Shown piece by piece: positions 28,966-39,667 of a stretch of 63,102 bases of DNA (position 1 is the stretch's first letter; each line of letters starts with the position of its first letter). The DNA is from Flavobacteriales bacterium (lineage in GTDB: Bacteria; Bacteroidota; Bacteroidia; Flavobacteriales_G; JALEGO01): the NCBI GenBank assembly GCA_020631045.1, contig JAHDHZ010000001.1, forward strand, positions 73,852-136,953, in the 5' to 3' direction. A program made the position numbers and the translations under genes. Under the pieces are notes generated by a model. The model saw nothing but the letters and a program-made list of their open reading frames with translations. It searched no databases and was not told where the DNA came from.

Positions 28966-29985
28966 ATGATGATGCAGCTTTATTTTCATGAATTTGAACT
29001 ACAACTCAAAGATATTTTTGCCATTCAGCATGAAAAAAGAACTGTTCAGCCTACTTTAATTGTAGAACTTAAACTTAAAGAAATCAGTGGCTTTGGCGAG
29101 GCAACCGCCATCAAATACTATGATCAAACCACTGAAAAATTTAAAGAAGAGCTCCTTAAGATTAAAGCACAAATAACCTTTAATAAACTGGTGCACCCTT
29201 TTGAGTTTTACGCTCAGATTTGTAGCCTTACACGTAATCAATTTCTTCGTTCAGCATTAGATTGTGCTTACCATGACTTATATGGAAAAGTCAAGCAAAT
29301 ACCTACATTCAAAACCCTAGGGTTTAGCAATCAAGCAAAAGCTATTTCAAGCTATACCATTGGTGTAGATGATGCAGCGCAAATGCTCAATAAAATAAAA
29401 CAAACCCCCTGGCCTATTTATAAAATAAAGGTCAACACTGGTTTTGATATTGAAATTCTCGGGTTTTTAAAAAGGCATACATCAGCAGAGTTTAGAATTG
29501 ATGCCAATACAGGATTTAGCTACAAGCACTTAAGTGAGGTGCACGACTATTTAAAAGATTTATCGATCAATATTATTGAGCAGCCCTTGCCTACCAACCA
29601 AAACCCTGAAATGCTTAAGTTTAAAGAAGATTTTGATTTTACCTTTATTGCTGATGAGTCTTTTCAAAGTGCTGAAGATATTGAAGGCTGTATAAAATAC
29701 TTTGATTGCATCAATATAAAACTGTTAAAATGTGGCGGTATTACATCTGCCTTTCAGATCATTGAAAAGGTAAAGCAAACTCCAACCAAACTGATGATCG
29801 GATGTATGACCCAAAGTAGCGTAGCGATCTCAGCTGCTGCTCAATTAAGCGCTCAGGCCAATTACCTTGATTTAGATGGCGCTATGCTGCTCTCTAATGA
29901 TCCAGCAAGAGGCGTTAAAATATTGCCCAAGCGATTAGAATTAGACCAATCATATGGCAATGCAGGTTTAGAATTATTGCATTGA
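28966..29985 (+). CDS. Dipeptide epimerase (enolase superfamily, L-Ala-D/L-Glu epimerase-like)
   Basis: 339 aa. It has the [25 protein letters not shown] and DLDG motif series of muconate-lactonizing/dipeptide epimerase enzymes. Confidence 0.75.
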   Translation: MMMQLYFHEFELQLKDIFAIQHEKRTVQPTLIVELKLKEISGFGEATAIKYYDQTTEKFKEELLKIKAQITFNKLVHPFEFYAQICSLTRNQFLRSALDCAYHDLYGKVKQIPTFKTLGFSNQAKAISSYTIGVDDAAQMLNKIKQTPWPIYKIKVNTGFDIEILGFLKRHTSAEFRIDANTGFSYKHLSEVHDYLKDLSINIIEQPLPTNQNPEMLKFKEDFDFTFIADESFQSAEDIEGCIKYFDCINIKLLKCGGITSAFQIIEKVKQTPTKLMIGCMTQSSVAISAAAQLSAQANYLDLDGAMLLSNDPARGVKILPKRLELDQSYGNAGLELLH

Positions 29986-32622
29986 GCTACTCAACCAACG
30001 TTTCATTTCTTCTTTTTCAATTGACTTATTTTCAGCAAATTGAACAACTTGATCTTCAGTGATTTTTCCTACTCCAAAATATTTTGCCTTAGGGTGGGCA
30101 AAATACCACCCACAAACCGATGCTGCTGGCAACATGGCTAAGTTTTCGGTCAATTGTATCTGAGCATGATTAGGGCAATCTAACAGTTCAAATAAAGTAA
30201 TCTTATCTGTGTGATCAGGGCAAGCAGGGTATCCTGGTGCTGGGCGAATGCCTCTATATTTTTCTTTGATCAATGCTTCATTATCTAATTGCTCTTCTTT
30301 GGCATATCCCCAGTGCTCTTTTCGCACTTGCCTGTGCATCATCTCAGCCAATGCTTCTGCCAAACGATCAGCCAAGGCTTTAAGCATGATTGATTTATAA
30401 TCGTTATGATCTGCCTCAAACTCTTTGATCTTATCTTCAATTTTAAGCCCACAAGTCACGGCAAAACCTCCTATATAATCAGATTGAGGTGAAATGTAAT
30501 CTGCTAGAGATAAATTAAACGCTCCACTTGCTTTTTGAGTTTGTTGGCGTAAAAAATGAAACTTCTTGTTTTCTGTGGGTAAAATCACCATTTCATCTTT
30601 TGCGTAACAAGGCCAAAAACCAATAGATGCTTTTGCTTCTAGCCAGTTCTCAGAGATGATTTGCGCTAACATTTTCTGAGCATCTGCGTAAAGCTCAGTA
30701 GCTTGTACCCCTACAATCTCATCATTTAAAATATTCGGAAAACGCCCTGCCAATTCCCAAGTTTGAAAAAATGGGGTCCAATCAATATAACTTGAAATTT
30801 GTTTTAAAGAAAGCTGATCAAAATGCTTCACTCCTGTGAAGCATGGCGCTACTATGTGATCATTGAATTCTAACTCTAGTTTGTTTGCTCGTGCTTCTTT
30901 CAAAGAGATTAGCTTTTTCACCTCTCTATGTTTTGCGTAATTTTCTCTTACTTTTTGGTATTCTTCTTCAATTTGAGTTTTGTAACCCTTTGAGGCTCCA
31001 CCCAAAAGCTTTTCAGCCACTGTCACGGCGCGAGAAGCGTCTAGCACATGAACAGTTGAATCATTTTGGTAATGCTCTTGAATTTTAACTGCTGTATGTA
31101 CCCTTGAGGTAGTCGCTCCACCAATCAAGAGCGGCACGTTAAGCTCAGCACGTTGCATCTCTTGCGCAACGGTAATCATCTCATCTAACGATGGGGTAAT
31201 CAATCCACTTAAACCTACAATATCTACCCGCTCATCAATGGCTTTTTGAATGATTTTTTCAGGAGCTACCATCACGCCCATATCAATGATCTCATAGTTA
31301 TTGCAGCCCAGCACTACACCAACAATATTCTTGCCAATATCGTGTACATCACCTTTTACAGTAGCTAGTAAAATCTTACCGTTAGTAGAAGCCACACCTG
31401 CCTGTTTATCTTCTTCTAGAAAGGGTAACAAATAGGCGACTGCCTTTTTCATCACTCGAGCGCTTTTAACCACCTGAGGTAAAAACATTTTTCCTGCCCC
31501 GAACAAATCACCCACCACATTCATTCCATCCATCAAAGGCCCTTCAATGACTCTTAGAGGCTTATCGAATTGTCCACGCGCCAACTCAACATCTTGTTCA
31601 ATAAATTCAACAATACCTTTTACCAAAGCATACTCTAACCTTTTTTCAACCGATTGCTCACGCCAAGATAAATCTTTTTGCACGCCTTGAACCTTTACAC
31701 CCTTATACTTTTCAGCGAGTTCTAACAAGGCCTCAGTAGCATCATCAGATCTGTTTAGTAACACATCTTCAACAGCGGTGAGTAAGTCTTTATCTAATTG
31801 ATCATACACCTCAAGCATTGTAGGGTTTACAATGCCCATATCCATCCCATTTTTAATGGCATGGTATAAAAAGGCTGAATGCATGGCCTCTCGTACTTTA
31901 TTGTTGCCTCTAAACGAAAAAGATACATTGCTTACTCCTCCACTTACTTTAGCGAAAGGTAAATTTTCTTTAATCCATTTAGTGGCCTTAAAAAAATCTA
32001 CTGCATAGTTATTATGCTCAGCAATACCGGTGGCAACTGGAAAAATATTTGGGTCAAAAATAATGTCTTGAGGGTTAAACTCAATTTGATCAACCAAAAT
32101 GTCATACGCTCTTTTGCAAATATCAATACGTCTTTGGTAGGTATCGGCTTGGCCTTTCTCATCAAATGCCATGACAATGACGGCTGCTCCGTACCACTTG
32201 ATTTTTTTAGCTTGCTCAATAAATATAGCCTCTCCTTCTTTTAAAGAGATTGAATTGACAACTCCTTTGCCTTGTAAACACTGTAAACCCGCTTCAATGA
32301 CTTCCCATTTAGAAGAGTCAATCATAATCGGAATTTTAGCAATCTCAGGCTCTGAAGCAATTAAATTTAAAAAGGTGACCATGGCCTGCTTACTATCCAG
32401 CATGCCCTCATCCATATTTACATCTAAGATCTGAGCGCCTCCTTCTACTTGATCACGAGCAATACTTAAGGCATCTTGAAACTTTTCTTCTTTGATGAGC
32501 CTTAAAAACTTACGAGAACCTGTTACATTGGTGCGCTCTCCTACATTTACAAAATTGGTATTAGGCCCAATAATTAAAGGTTCTAACCCACTGAGCATCA
32601 TATGTCTTTCAGTCTGACTCAT
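29974..32622 (-). CDS. metH: Methionine synthase, B12-dependent (pterin-binding + cobalamin-binding + AdoMet-activation modules)
   Basis: 882 aa. Motifs are [22 protein letters not shown], the B12-binding motif [11 protein letters not shown] and the reactivation domain [12 protein letters not shown]. It lacks the Hcy-binding module, which is encoded by the upstream ORF. Confidence 0.93.
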   Translation of the reverse strand: MSQTERHMMLSGLEPLIIGPNTNFVNVGERTNVTGSRKFLRLIKEEKFQDALSIARDQVEGGAQILDVNMDEGMLDSKQAMVTFLNLIASEPEIAKIPIMIDSSKWEVIEAGLQCLQGKGVVNSISLKEGEAIFIEQAKKIKWYGAAVIVMAFDEKGQADTYQRRIDICKRAYDILVDQIEFNPQDIIFDPNIFPVATGIAEHNNYAVDFFKATKWIKENLPFAKVSGGVSNVSFSFRGNNKVREAMHSAFLYHAIKNGMDMGIVNPTMLEVYDQLDKDLLTAVEDVLLNRSDDATEALLELAEKYKGVKVQGVQKDLSWREQSVEKRLEYALVKGIVEFIEQDVELARGQFDKPLRVIEGPLMDGMNVVGDLFGAGKMFLPQVVKSARVMKKAVAYLLPFLEEDKQAGVASTNGKILLATVKGDVHDIGKNIVGVVLGCNNYEIIDMGVMVAPEKIIQKAIDERVDIVGLSGLITPSLDEMITVAQEMQRAELNVPLLIGGATTSRVHTAVKIQEHYQNDSTVHVLDASRAVTVAEKLLGGASKGYKTQIEEEYQKVRENYAKHREVKKLISLKEARANKLELEFNDHIVAPCFTGVKHFDQLSLKQISSYIDWTPFFQTWELAGRFPNILNDEIVGVQATELYADAQKMLAQIISENWLEAKASIGFWPCYAKDEMVILPTENKKFHFLRQQTQKASGAFNLSLADYISPQSDYIGGFAVTCGLKIEDKIKEFEADHNDYKSIMLKALADRLAEALAEMMHRQVRKEHWGYAKEEQLDNEALIKEKYRGIRPAPGYPACPDHTDKITLFELLDCPNHAQIQLTENLAMLPAASVCGWYFAHPKAKYFGVGKITEDQVVQFAENKSIEKEEMKRWLSSSMQ

Positions 32623-33596
32623 TTTTCTCTAGGAACAATATTTTCAACTGCCCCAGCAATTGCAGCAATATGACTGGGGGTTGTACCACAGCATCCTCCT
32701 ACCATATTTAAAAACCCATCTTTAGCAAACTCCTCAATCAGACTGGCCATCTGTTCAGGGCTCTGATCATACTCCCCAAATTCATTAGGCAGCCCAGCAT
32801 TGGGGTAGGCAGTAACAAACAAATCAGACTTATCTGAAAGCACTTTTAAATAAGGTCTCAATTCTTTAGCGCCCAACGCACAGTTCAAGCCAATTGACAA
32901 TAAAGGAGCGTGCTGCAAAGAAATCATAAAAGCCTCGGTAGTTTGTCCACTCAAGGTGCGCCCTGAAGCATCTGTAATGGTGCCTGAAACCATGACAGGC
33001 AAGGTTGTATTATGCTCATCAAAATAGGCTTGTGCTGCAAACAAAGCAGCTTTAGCGTTGAGCGTATCAAAAATTGTTTCAATCAATAAAAGATCTACTC
33101 CTCCTTTGATGAGTCCTGAGATTTGCTCGTAGTAGGCCTCTTTTAATTCGTTAAAACTTACAGCTCTAAAAGCAGGATTGTTTACATCAGGTGAAATTGA
33201 AGCGGTTCGATTGGTTGGCCCAATGGCTCCTGCTACATACCTTGGTTTTGCTTGAGTTGAAAATTCACTAGCTATTTCTTTGGCAATCTTTGCAGACTCA
33301 AAATTTAAATCATAAGCAGCTGATTCTAATTTATAATCAGCTTGAGCAATAGTAGTGGAAGAAAAGGTATTGGTCTCGATAATATCAGCGCCTGCTTCTA
33401 AATAAGCGGCATGAATTTCTTTGATAATTTCAGGTCGTGTAATAGACAACAAATCATTGTTGCCCTTCAAAGACATCTCATGATCTTTAAAGCGCTCACC
33501 TCTATAGTCTTCTTCTCGCAATTTATAGCGTTGAATCATGGTACCCATAGCACCGTCAATCACTAAAATTCTCTTCTTTAATTCTTGTTCAATCAC
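32619..33596 (-). CDS. Homocysteine S-methyltransferase domain protein (N-terminal module of split MetH)
   Basis: 325 aa. Motifs are [27 protein letters not shown] and the zinc-ligand region [15 protein letters not shown] overlap with the downstream metH ORF. Confidence 0.9.
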   Translation of the reverse strand: MIEQELKKRILVIDGAMGTMIQRYKLREEDYRGERFKDHEMSLKGNNDLLSITRPEIIKEIHAAYLEAGADIIETNTFSSTTIAQADYKLESAAYDLNFESAKIAKEIASEFSTQAKPRYVAGAIGPTNRTASISPDVNNPAFRAVSFNELKEAYYEQISGLIKGGVDLLLIETIFDTLNAKAALFAAQAYFDEHNTTLPVMVSGTITDASGRTLSGQTTEAFMISLQHAPLLSIGLNCALGAKELRPYLKVLSDKSDLFVTAYPNAGLPNEFGEYDQSPEQMASLIEEFAKDGFLNMVGGCCGTTPSHIAAIAGAVENIVPREK

Positions 33597-33652
33597 AGGG
33601 GTTCAAATGTACAATGCAAAAATTAAATTATACCTTTAAATCAGATTTAATT

Positions 33653-34411
33653 ATGATACATTTTAAAGTAACAGGAAGCGGTCCTAACCTAGTCATTATT
33701 CACGGACTTTTTGGCATGTTAGACAACTGGCAAAGCATTGCAAAAATACTCTCAGAGCACTTTACTGTCTATACCATTGACGCCCCAAATCATGGAAAAT
33801 CTTCTCATACCGATGCCTTCAATTATGAAGCCATGAGTAAAATGTTACTTGATTTTTTTCACGAACAAGACCTCTTAGAAAGCCATATCATCGGACATTC
33901 AATGGGCGGAAAAATAGCCATGAAATTTGCTCAAAACTATCCTGAATACATCTCAAAACTCATCATTGCTGATATTGGGCCCAAAGATTACCCAATTCAC
34001 CATGACATCATCATTGATGCCCTGCAGTCAGTTGACTTTAAAAAAATTCAAAATAGAAAGCAAATCACCCAAAAGCTCTCTGAGTTTATACAAGAACAAG
34101 ATGTAATACAATTTCTAACCAAGAGCGTTTACTGGCAAAGCAAAGATCAACTTGGCTTTCGATTTAATCTTGATGTAATTGCACAACAGATAAGTAATGT
34201 AGGGGAAGAGATTTTTGATAGAGCCTTTGAAAAACCTACACTGTTCATTCATGGCAGCAATTCAAATTATATTTTAGAACAAGACAAGCCTTTTATTCAA
34301 AGTATTTTCACTGATGTGAGCTTCAAGACCATCAAAGATGCTGGACATTGGTTGCACGCAGAGCAACCAGGGGCCTTCATAGAAGCCACAAAATCATTTT
34401 TAGTAACCTAA
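33653..34411 (+). CDS. Alpha/beta-fold hydrolase (YbfF-like esterase)
   Basis: Motifs are LVIIHGLFG, the nucleophile elbow GHSMGG and a C-terminal DAGHWLH. ATG 33653 is preferred over the track start at 33614. Confidence 0.8.
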   Translation: MIHFKVTGSGPNLVIIHGLFGMLDNWQSIAKILSEHFTVYTIDAPNHGKSSHTDAFNYEAMSKMLLDFFHEQDLLESHIIGHSMGGKIAMKFAQNYPEYISKLIIADIGPKDYPIHHDIIIDALQSVDFKKIQNRKQITQKLSEFIQEQDVIQFLTKSVYWQSKDQLGFRFNLDVIAQQISNVGEEIFDRAFEKPTLFIHGSNSNYILEQDKPFIQSIFTDVSFKTIKDAGHWLHAEQPGAFIEATKSFLVT

Positions 34412-34436
34412 AAGCTGATCTTTCGTTCAAAGCTGT

Positions 34437-35603
34437 ATGTTGAAACATACTTTTGTTGTTCTTCTATCTTGCTTACTATTAATTGGCGAGACCCAAAACA
34501 TTGTCGTAGGCGCACAACAAACAAGCCTTTACATGCCTCATTTAAAAGGCAAGTCTATTGCCATTGTTGCCAATCAAACTTCTGTCATCGATGATACTCA
34601 TTTAGTAGACTCTTTATTTTCTTTGAAAACAGAAATTAAAAAGATTTTTGCCCCCGAACACGGATTCAGAGGAAAAGCAGATGCCGGAGAGCATGTACAA
34701 AATGGTATTGATCTAAAAACAGGCCTGCCTATTGTTTCTTTGTATGGAAAAAATAAAAAGCCCAACAAGCAGCAATTAAAAGACATTGATCTGATCATTT
34801 TTGATATTCAAGATGTTGGTGTGCGTTTTTACACCTACATTTCAACCTTACATTACATCATGCAAAGCTGCGCTGAGAATGGCATTGAACTCATTGTCTT
34901 AGATCGACCAAATCCCAATGGGCATTATATTGACGGACCTACGCGCGATTCAGGGTTTGTATCTTTCGTAAGCATGCACCCCGTACCCTTGGTTCATGGT
35001 CTTACTATTGGTGAATATGCCCAAATGATCAATGGTGAGGGATGGCTAAAAACCAAACAAGCATGTAATTTAAAAGTTGTGAAATGCTTAAACTACTCTC
35101 ACAAAACTTCATATTCTTTAAGCATTGCTCCTTCCCCGAATCTCAAAAGCGATCAATCTATTGCCTTGTATCCTTCATTAGGACTTTTTGAAGGCACCAT
35201 TGTCAGTGTGGGCAGAGGTACTGAAACTCCTTTTGAGCTTATTGGTCATCCTTCTTGTAATGTTAATGACTTCACCTTTACCCCTAAAAGTTCACCCGGA
35301 GCCAAATATCCTAAGCATGAAAATCAAGTGTGTAAAGGGTATAAATTAACTGACTTTGCAGAGCAACAATTGACTAAAAAACCAGCTGTTTACTTGCATT
35401 GGATTTTAGAGCTATACAAAGATTACGGTAAAGAAGACTTTTTTTCTAACCCTAGATTTTTTGATCTTTTAGCAGGAAGCGATCAATTGAGAAATCAGAT
35501 TTTAGACAACTATAGCGTGTTACAAATTAAAAACTCTTGGAAACAAGACCTTAAAGCTTTTCAAGAAAAAAGAAAACTTTATCTCTTGTACGAAGACTTT
35601 TAA
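34437..35603 (+). CDS. DUF1343 protein (NamZ-like exo-beta-N-acetylmuramidase family)
   Basis: 388 aa with a signal peptide. Motifs are VANQTS, IFAPEHGFRG, FDIQDVGVRFYTYIST and LDRPNP. Confidence 0.75.
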   Translation: MLKHTFVVLLSCLLLIGETQNIVVGAQQTSLYMPHLKGKSIAIVANQTSVIDDTHLVDSLFSLKTEIKKIFAPEHGFRGKADAGEHVQNGIDLKTGLPIVSLYGKNKKPNKQQLKDIDLIIFDIQDVGVRFYTYISTLHYIMQSCAENGIELIVLDRPNPNGHYIDGPTRDSGFVSFVSMHPVPLVHGLTIGEYAQMINGEGWLKTKQACNLKVVKCLNYSHKTSYSLSIAPSPNLKSDQSIALYPSLGLFEGTIVSVGRGTETPFELIGHPSCNVNDFTFTPKSSPGAKYPKHENQVCKGYKLTDFAEQQLTKKPAVYLHWILELYKDYGKEDFFSNPRFFDLLAGSDQLRNQILDNYSVLQIKNSWKQDLKAFQEKRKLYLLYEDF

Positions 35604-35620
35604 AAATCTTCAAGCCAGTT

Positions 35621-37222
35621 TTATTGTACTTCTTTGATTGTCTTTTGGCTGTATAAAGTCTCAAGACCCTGCTCTAAAGAAAGTGTTTTAAGCTCAAAAC
35701 GGCCCAACAACAGTGTCTTCTTGCCTTTCTCTGCGACTTGAGAGGCATTGGCTGGATGGTTCAAATAACGATCAATCAACACTTGATCTTCTTGGGTAAT
35801 GTCTTTTGACTTGTCTTTGGTTGTATACCCTTGATCTTTCTTGACATAACTAAACGATACTTTTTTAACATCACTAAACAATCGTAACACCGGCTGAGCA
35901 TCTGTATTTTTTTCAATCAAAAGTTGATGTATCATCTTCAGAGCATTAGAGTCTATAAAATCTTGATCGCTAAAACTTGACGAATAAGCACTTTTAGCTT
36001 CAGAAACAATAGATTCTAACAATGTTGCTTGAGTGATTTTGCTTCTTTTTAAGCGTGCTTGAAATCTGTTTTCTAAGACCAGTGATTTAAATCCTGGATC
36101 ATTCATGCAGTTCTCTGTAACATGAGAGATAAAGCGCGAAAAAATCACATCGCTACGATCTTCTTTTTCATCTGTTTGAGAGTCTTCAACTTCAATTTTT
36201 AAATCATTGATTTTAGATTTCATGTCAAATATTTTTTGCTTCAAGGATTTAATTTGATCTGCTTGTTCATCCGACAGGTCTTGGTCATTGAAATGCGGCG
36301 AGTAATTGATTTGGTTTTGATCTAGTAATAGTTTTAATGCTGTGTTTTGCTCTTGAAGCATTTTGAGCTCTTCAGCGTTTTGCTTGTACTCTTTTGAAAG
36401 CGCTTTATAACTTTTTTGCAAAACTGTATATTCTTTATACAACAGCTCGTATTCTTCTTTCATTTCTTCAGCATATACCTTCAAAGAATTATTTTGATTA
36501 GTCACCTGGTCTTGTTGCAATTCAGCTTTTGGTGTGCCCACTATCTCTGTCTTAGATTCTGAAGAATTTAAAGCCGTATTGCAAACCCATATTTTTTGCC
36601 CTGGATACAGTAATGTGTTTCGGCTTAGGCTATTTTTTGCAAGTAATTCTGAAGGATCACAATCATAAATTCTAGCAATTTGATAAATGTATTCTCCCTT
36701 TTGAACAACATGCAAGTTCTTTGAGCTATTTGTAATCTTTTTCTTGGGTGGATTTTTCTTCTCAACAGAAGGGTTTGGCTCTTCTGTGTTTTTTAAAACT
36801 CCGAAATTGTTATAATTAAAGTTATAAACAACCGTATTGCTGTCTTTCAAAACAATTTTCTGTAAATATTTTACCGCATTAGACTTGTCATACTGTATGC
36901 GCGCAGAATATTTTTCATTTTCTAAATAAATAAGTGTATTTGAATACTCAATTTTATCAAAAAACAATCTTTGATCTATATCTTGCAACAATTGATCACA
37001 CTGATCAATTTCAAACTCAACTGAACGAATAGCATTTCCTGTAAAAAGATAAACAGCCTTAATTTTACATGTTTGTTTAGCATCTAAAGATTGTACATAA
37101 ATGGTCTGCTCATCTTCTGCATGAACCTCAATTTTGGCAGACACATCAATTTGGCTCAACTGAGCACAAACAGAACTGTGTAAAAAAAGACTAGTGATAA
37201 GTACTGAAAATATCTTTTGCAT
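35621..37222 (-). CDS. LysM-domain, coiled-coil secreted protein (hypothetical)
   Basis: ATG 37222 gives the signal peptide MQKIFSVLITSLFLHSSVCAQ. It has a LysM motif (HVVQKGEYIYQIARIYDCDPSELLAKNSL..LYPGQKIWV) and a long heptad-like E/K/L/Q segment. The track start at 37309 would overlap the upstream gene by 119 nt. Confidence 0.6.
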   Translation of the reverse strand: MQKIFSVLITSLFLHSSVCAQLSQIDVSAKIEVHAEDEQTIYVQSLDAKQTCKIKAVYLFTGNAIRSVEFEIDQCDQLLQDIDQRLFFDKIEYSNTLIYLENEKYSARIQYDKSNAVKYLQKIVLKDSNTVVYNFNYNNFGVLKNTEEPNPSVEKKNPPKKKITNSSKNLHVVQKGEYIYQIARIYDCDPSELLAKNSLSRNTLLYPGQKIWVCNTALNSSESKTEIVGTPKAELQQDQVTNQNNSLKVYAEEMKEEYELLYKEYTVLQKSYKALSKEYKQNAEELKMLQEQNTALKLLLDQNQINYSPHFNDQDLSDEQADQIKSLKQKIFDMKSKINDLKIEVEDSQTDEKEDRSDVIFSRFISHVTENCMNDPGFKSLVLENRFQARLKRSKITQATLLESIVSEAKSAYSSSFSDQDFIDSNALKMIHQLLIEKNTDAQPVLRLFSDVKKVSFSYVKKDQGYTTKDKSKDITQEDQVLIDRYLNHPANASQVAEKGKKTLLLGRFELKTLSLEQGLETLYSQKTIKEVQ

Positions 37223-38042
37223 ATTTCTTAGCGTTTTGAAATGCTTGATCATCAATCTGATGTTCAATGTTATTGTCTTTAAATACCTTATGAATAGAAA
37301 CCGTATCAATATTTCCTACCAAATCATCTTTTGCCATCGGACATCCACCAAATCCTAAAATAGCTCCGTCTATACGATCACATTTTGCATCAATACAAGC
37401 TTTGATTTTTTGTTCAGATTGCTCTGCTCTACTATGCAGATGTGCTCCTAAGGTAATACTAGAATGTTCTTGTTTTATTCTTGTGATTAAATCGTATATC
37501 TGCTCAGTTGACGCACAGCCAATTGTATCTGCCAAAGCAAAGTCTTTGATCCCTAAATCTGATATTTTGTCAATCCAATCAGCAACTAGGTCTTCATTGT
37601 AATCATCTTTATAAGGATTCCCAAAGGCCATAGAAATGTATACCAATAATTTTTTTGAAGCACTTTGAGCAATGTTTTGAATTTCTGAAAGTCTCTGAAA
37701 AGCGCGTTCAATTGATGCGTTGGTATTTCTTTGCTGAAAAGTCTGAGAAATAGAAAATGGAAAGCCTAAAAAATCAACTTGATCAAACATACAAACTTGC
37801 TCTGCGCCTCTTTGATTAGCAATGATGCTTAAGATTTCAGTACCTTTTTGAATGTTGATTTGCTGCATTACTTCAGAAGAGTCAGCCATCTGCGGAATTG
37901 CTTTTGGGGAGACAAAACTTGTGCAATCCAACACATTAAAACCAACTTTCATCAAAGCATTTAAATACTCAACTTTCTTTGAGGTGGGAATAAACTCTTT
38001 AATCCCTTGCATGGCATCTCTCGGACACTCAACTACTTGCAT
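37191..38042 (-). CDS. Hydroxymethylglutaryl-CoA lyase
   Basis: 283 aa. It begins MQVVECPRDAMQG, has a TIM-barrel HMGL-like pattern with LADTIG and HLH motifs, and GGCPMA near the C-terminus. Confidence 0.85.
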   Translation of the reverse strand: MQVVECPRDAMQGIKEFIPTSKKVEYLNALMKVGFNVLDCTSFVSPKAIPQMADSSEVMQQINIQKGTEILSIIANQRGAEQVCMFDQVDFLGFPFSISQTFQQRNTNASIERAFQRLSEIQNIAQSASKKLLVYISMAFGNPYKDDYNEDLVADWIDKISDLGIKDFALADTIGCASTEQIYDLITRIKQEHSSITLGAHLHSRAEQSEQKIKACIDAKCDRIDGAILGFGGCPMAKDDLVGNIDTVSIHKVFKDNNIEHQIDDQAFQNAKKYAKDIFSTYH

Positions 38043-38185
38043 ATTTCAAAAGTACAAAATCAAACTTTTTTTACCTATGATTTTGCAACATTCACATAAA
38101 AAGGACGTTAAATCACTTAGAATGTTTGACAATCAAGGTGTTAAAACTTGATAAAACCCTAGTAATTGACTAATTTAAGGTCATC

Positions 38186-39067
38186 TTGTTTAGATCACAA
38201 TACATATTGCTCTTTTTGAGTCTGTTTTTCTCGATCAATGTTTCTGTATTTGCTGGAATTCTTAAAGTAGAAGGTACCGTCTATGAAGTTCCTGATAAAA
38301 TTGTTGGTTGCAATATTGTTGTGCACAAAAATGGTGTGCCTGCTGCTTATTCTAAAAGCGACAATCAAGGTCTTTTCTCTCTCAACCTAGAACTTGGCGC
38401 CTCATACATGTTAGAATTTTCTAGAAAAGGCTATGTGAGTAAAAAAATAAACATCAATACTTCTGATGCACCAAAAGAGGAGTCTTACAACATGAAAAAC
38501 ATTGCGGTCGATTTATTCAGAGAACAAACTGCAAAAGACTTTTCTATTTTAAATAGACCCATAGCGAAAATCATCTACAATGTTCAACAAAATGCTTTTG
38601 TTTACGACATGACCTACAATGCCAAAATCCAAGATAAAGTTCAAGAGTTGTGGTTTGAAGTGCGTTCTTTTAGAGAACAAAGAGACAAAGCTTACAAAAA
38701 AGCATGGATGAAAGCTGAACTACACTTTAAAATGCAAGATTATCAAACCGCTCGTCCTTATTATATATTGTGTCTTGAGCAAAGAGAAATGGCTTTAAAG
38801 CCAAAAGAAAGAATCGCCTTTATAGATGGATTAGGCAACAAACAAGTAAGTGAAATTCCTGAAATTGAAGTAACAGAGCAAAGTGTAAGTCGACAAGAAG
38901 AGGTTATTACCAGAGGAAATAAAATCATAACAAAAAGGCATATTCAAAAAGGAGATAAAACCATTGGATACCATTCTGTGGAGCATAAAAACGGGCAAAA
39001 ATATTATTTCAGAAGAAATATCCCTATTTCTTACAATACTTGGCTTCAACAAACCACAGAAAATTAG
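38186..39067 (+). CDS. Hypothetical secreted protein with carboxypeptidase-regulatory-like N-terminal domain
   Basis: 293 aa with a TTG start, a signal peptide and a beta-sandwich-like segment (HKNGVPAAYSKSDNQGLFSLNLELGASYMLEFSRKGYVSKKININ). Its architecture resembles the ORF at 41117. Confidence 0.5.
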   Translation: MFRSQYILLFLSLFFSINVSVFAGILKVEGTVYEVPDKIVGCNIVVHKNGVPAAYSKSDNQGLFSLNLELGASYMLEFSRKGYVSKKININTSDAPKEESYNMKNIAVDLFREQTAKDFSILNRPIAKIIYNVQQNAFVYDMTYNAKIQDKVQELWFEVRSFREQRDKAYKKAWMKAELHFKMQDYQTARPYYILCLEQREMALKPKERIAFIDGLGNKQVSEIPEIEVTEQSVSRQEEVITRGNKIITKRHIQKGDKTIGYHSVEHKNGQKYYFRRNIPISYNTWLQQTTEN

Positions 39068-39091
39068 CTTTTTTTGTAATTTTGTTGAGCT

Positions 39092-39655
39092 GTGCAAATT
39101 GAATTGATTGAAAAGGCTGCTCGAACAATCCTAAAAGGAGGTACCCTCATCTACCCTACTCAAACACTTTGGGCTTTAGGATGTGATGCAACAAATCACA
39201 AAGCAGTTGAAAAGCTCTTAAAAATCAAAGAAAGACAAAAAGAAAAACAAGGATTAATCTGCTTATTTGACTCAGTAGCACAGCTAGAAGCATATGTTGA
39301 GTTTATTCCTGATCAAGCCATTCAAATTTTTGAAACTGCCATAAGACCTACAACAATCATACTGCCTAATGCAATCGATATGCCTGAAAGTGTTACCGGT
39401 CCTAACAAGTCTATTGCTGCAAGAATTACAAAAAATAAAACTTGCCAACAACTCATTAAAAAAGTAAAGCGTCCGATTGTTTCAACATCTGCAAATATAT
39501 CTGGACAAAACTCTGTTACCCACATCAATCAAATAGATGAGAAATTAAAGATGAATGTAGACTATATGTTAATGAGCGATGAGTCTATGAGTGGCCAGGC
39601 ATCTTCTATTATTTCTATTGACCAATCTGGTATAATTAAAATCATTAGATCATAG
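39092..39655 (+). CDS. tsaC: L-threonylcarbamoyladenylate synthase (TsaC/YrdC family)
   Basis: 187 aa. Motifs are GGTLIYPTQTLWALGCDA, KIKERQKEKQGLICL and SANISG. Confidence 0.8.
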   Translation: MQIELIEKAARTILKGGTLIYPTQTLWALGCDATNHKAVEKLLKIKERQKEKQGLICLFDSVAQLEAYVEFIPDQAIQIFETAIRPTTIILPNAIDMPESVTGPNKSIAARITKNKTCQQLIKKVKRPIVSTSANISGQNSVTHINQIDEKLKMNVDYMLMSDESMSGQASSIISIDQSGIIKIIRS

Positions 39656-39667
39656 CAGACTTTAAGA

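Noticed and set aside
32600-32640. Possibility that split metH is a frameshifted pseudogene
   Set aside because: The break is a clean ATGA overlap in the inter-domain linker. Both parts keep their catalytic motifs (the zinc-site GGCCG and the DxHxxG-type B12 motif). It is treated as a gene fission, though read-level verification is still suggested.
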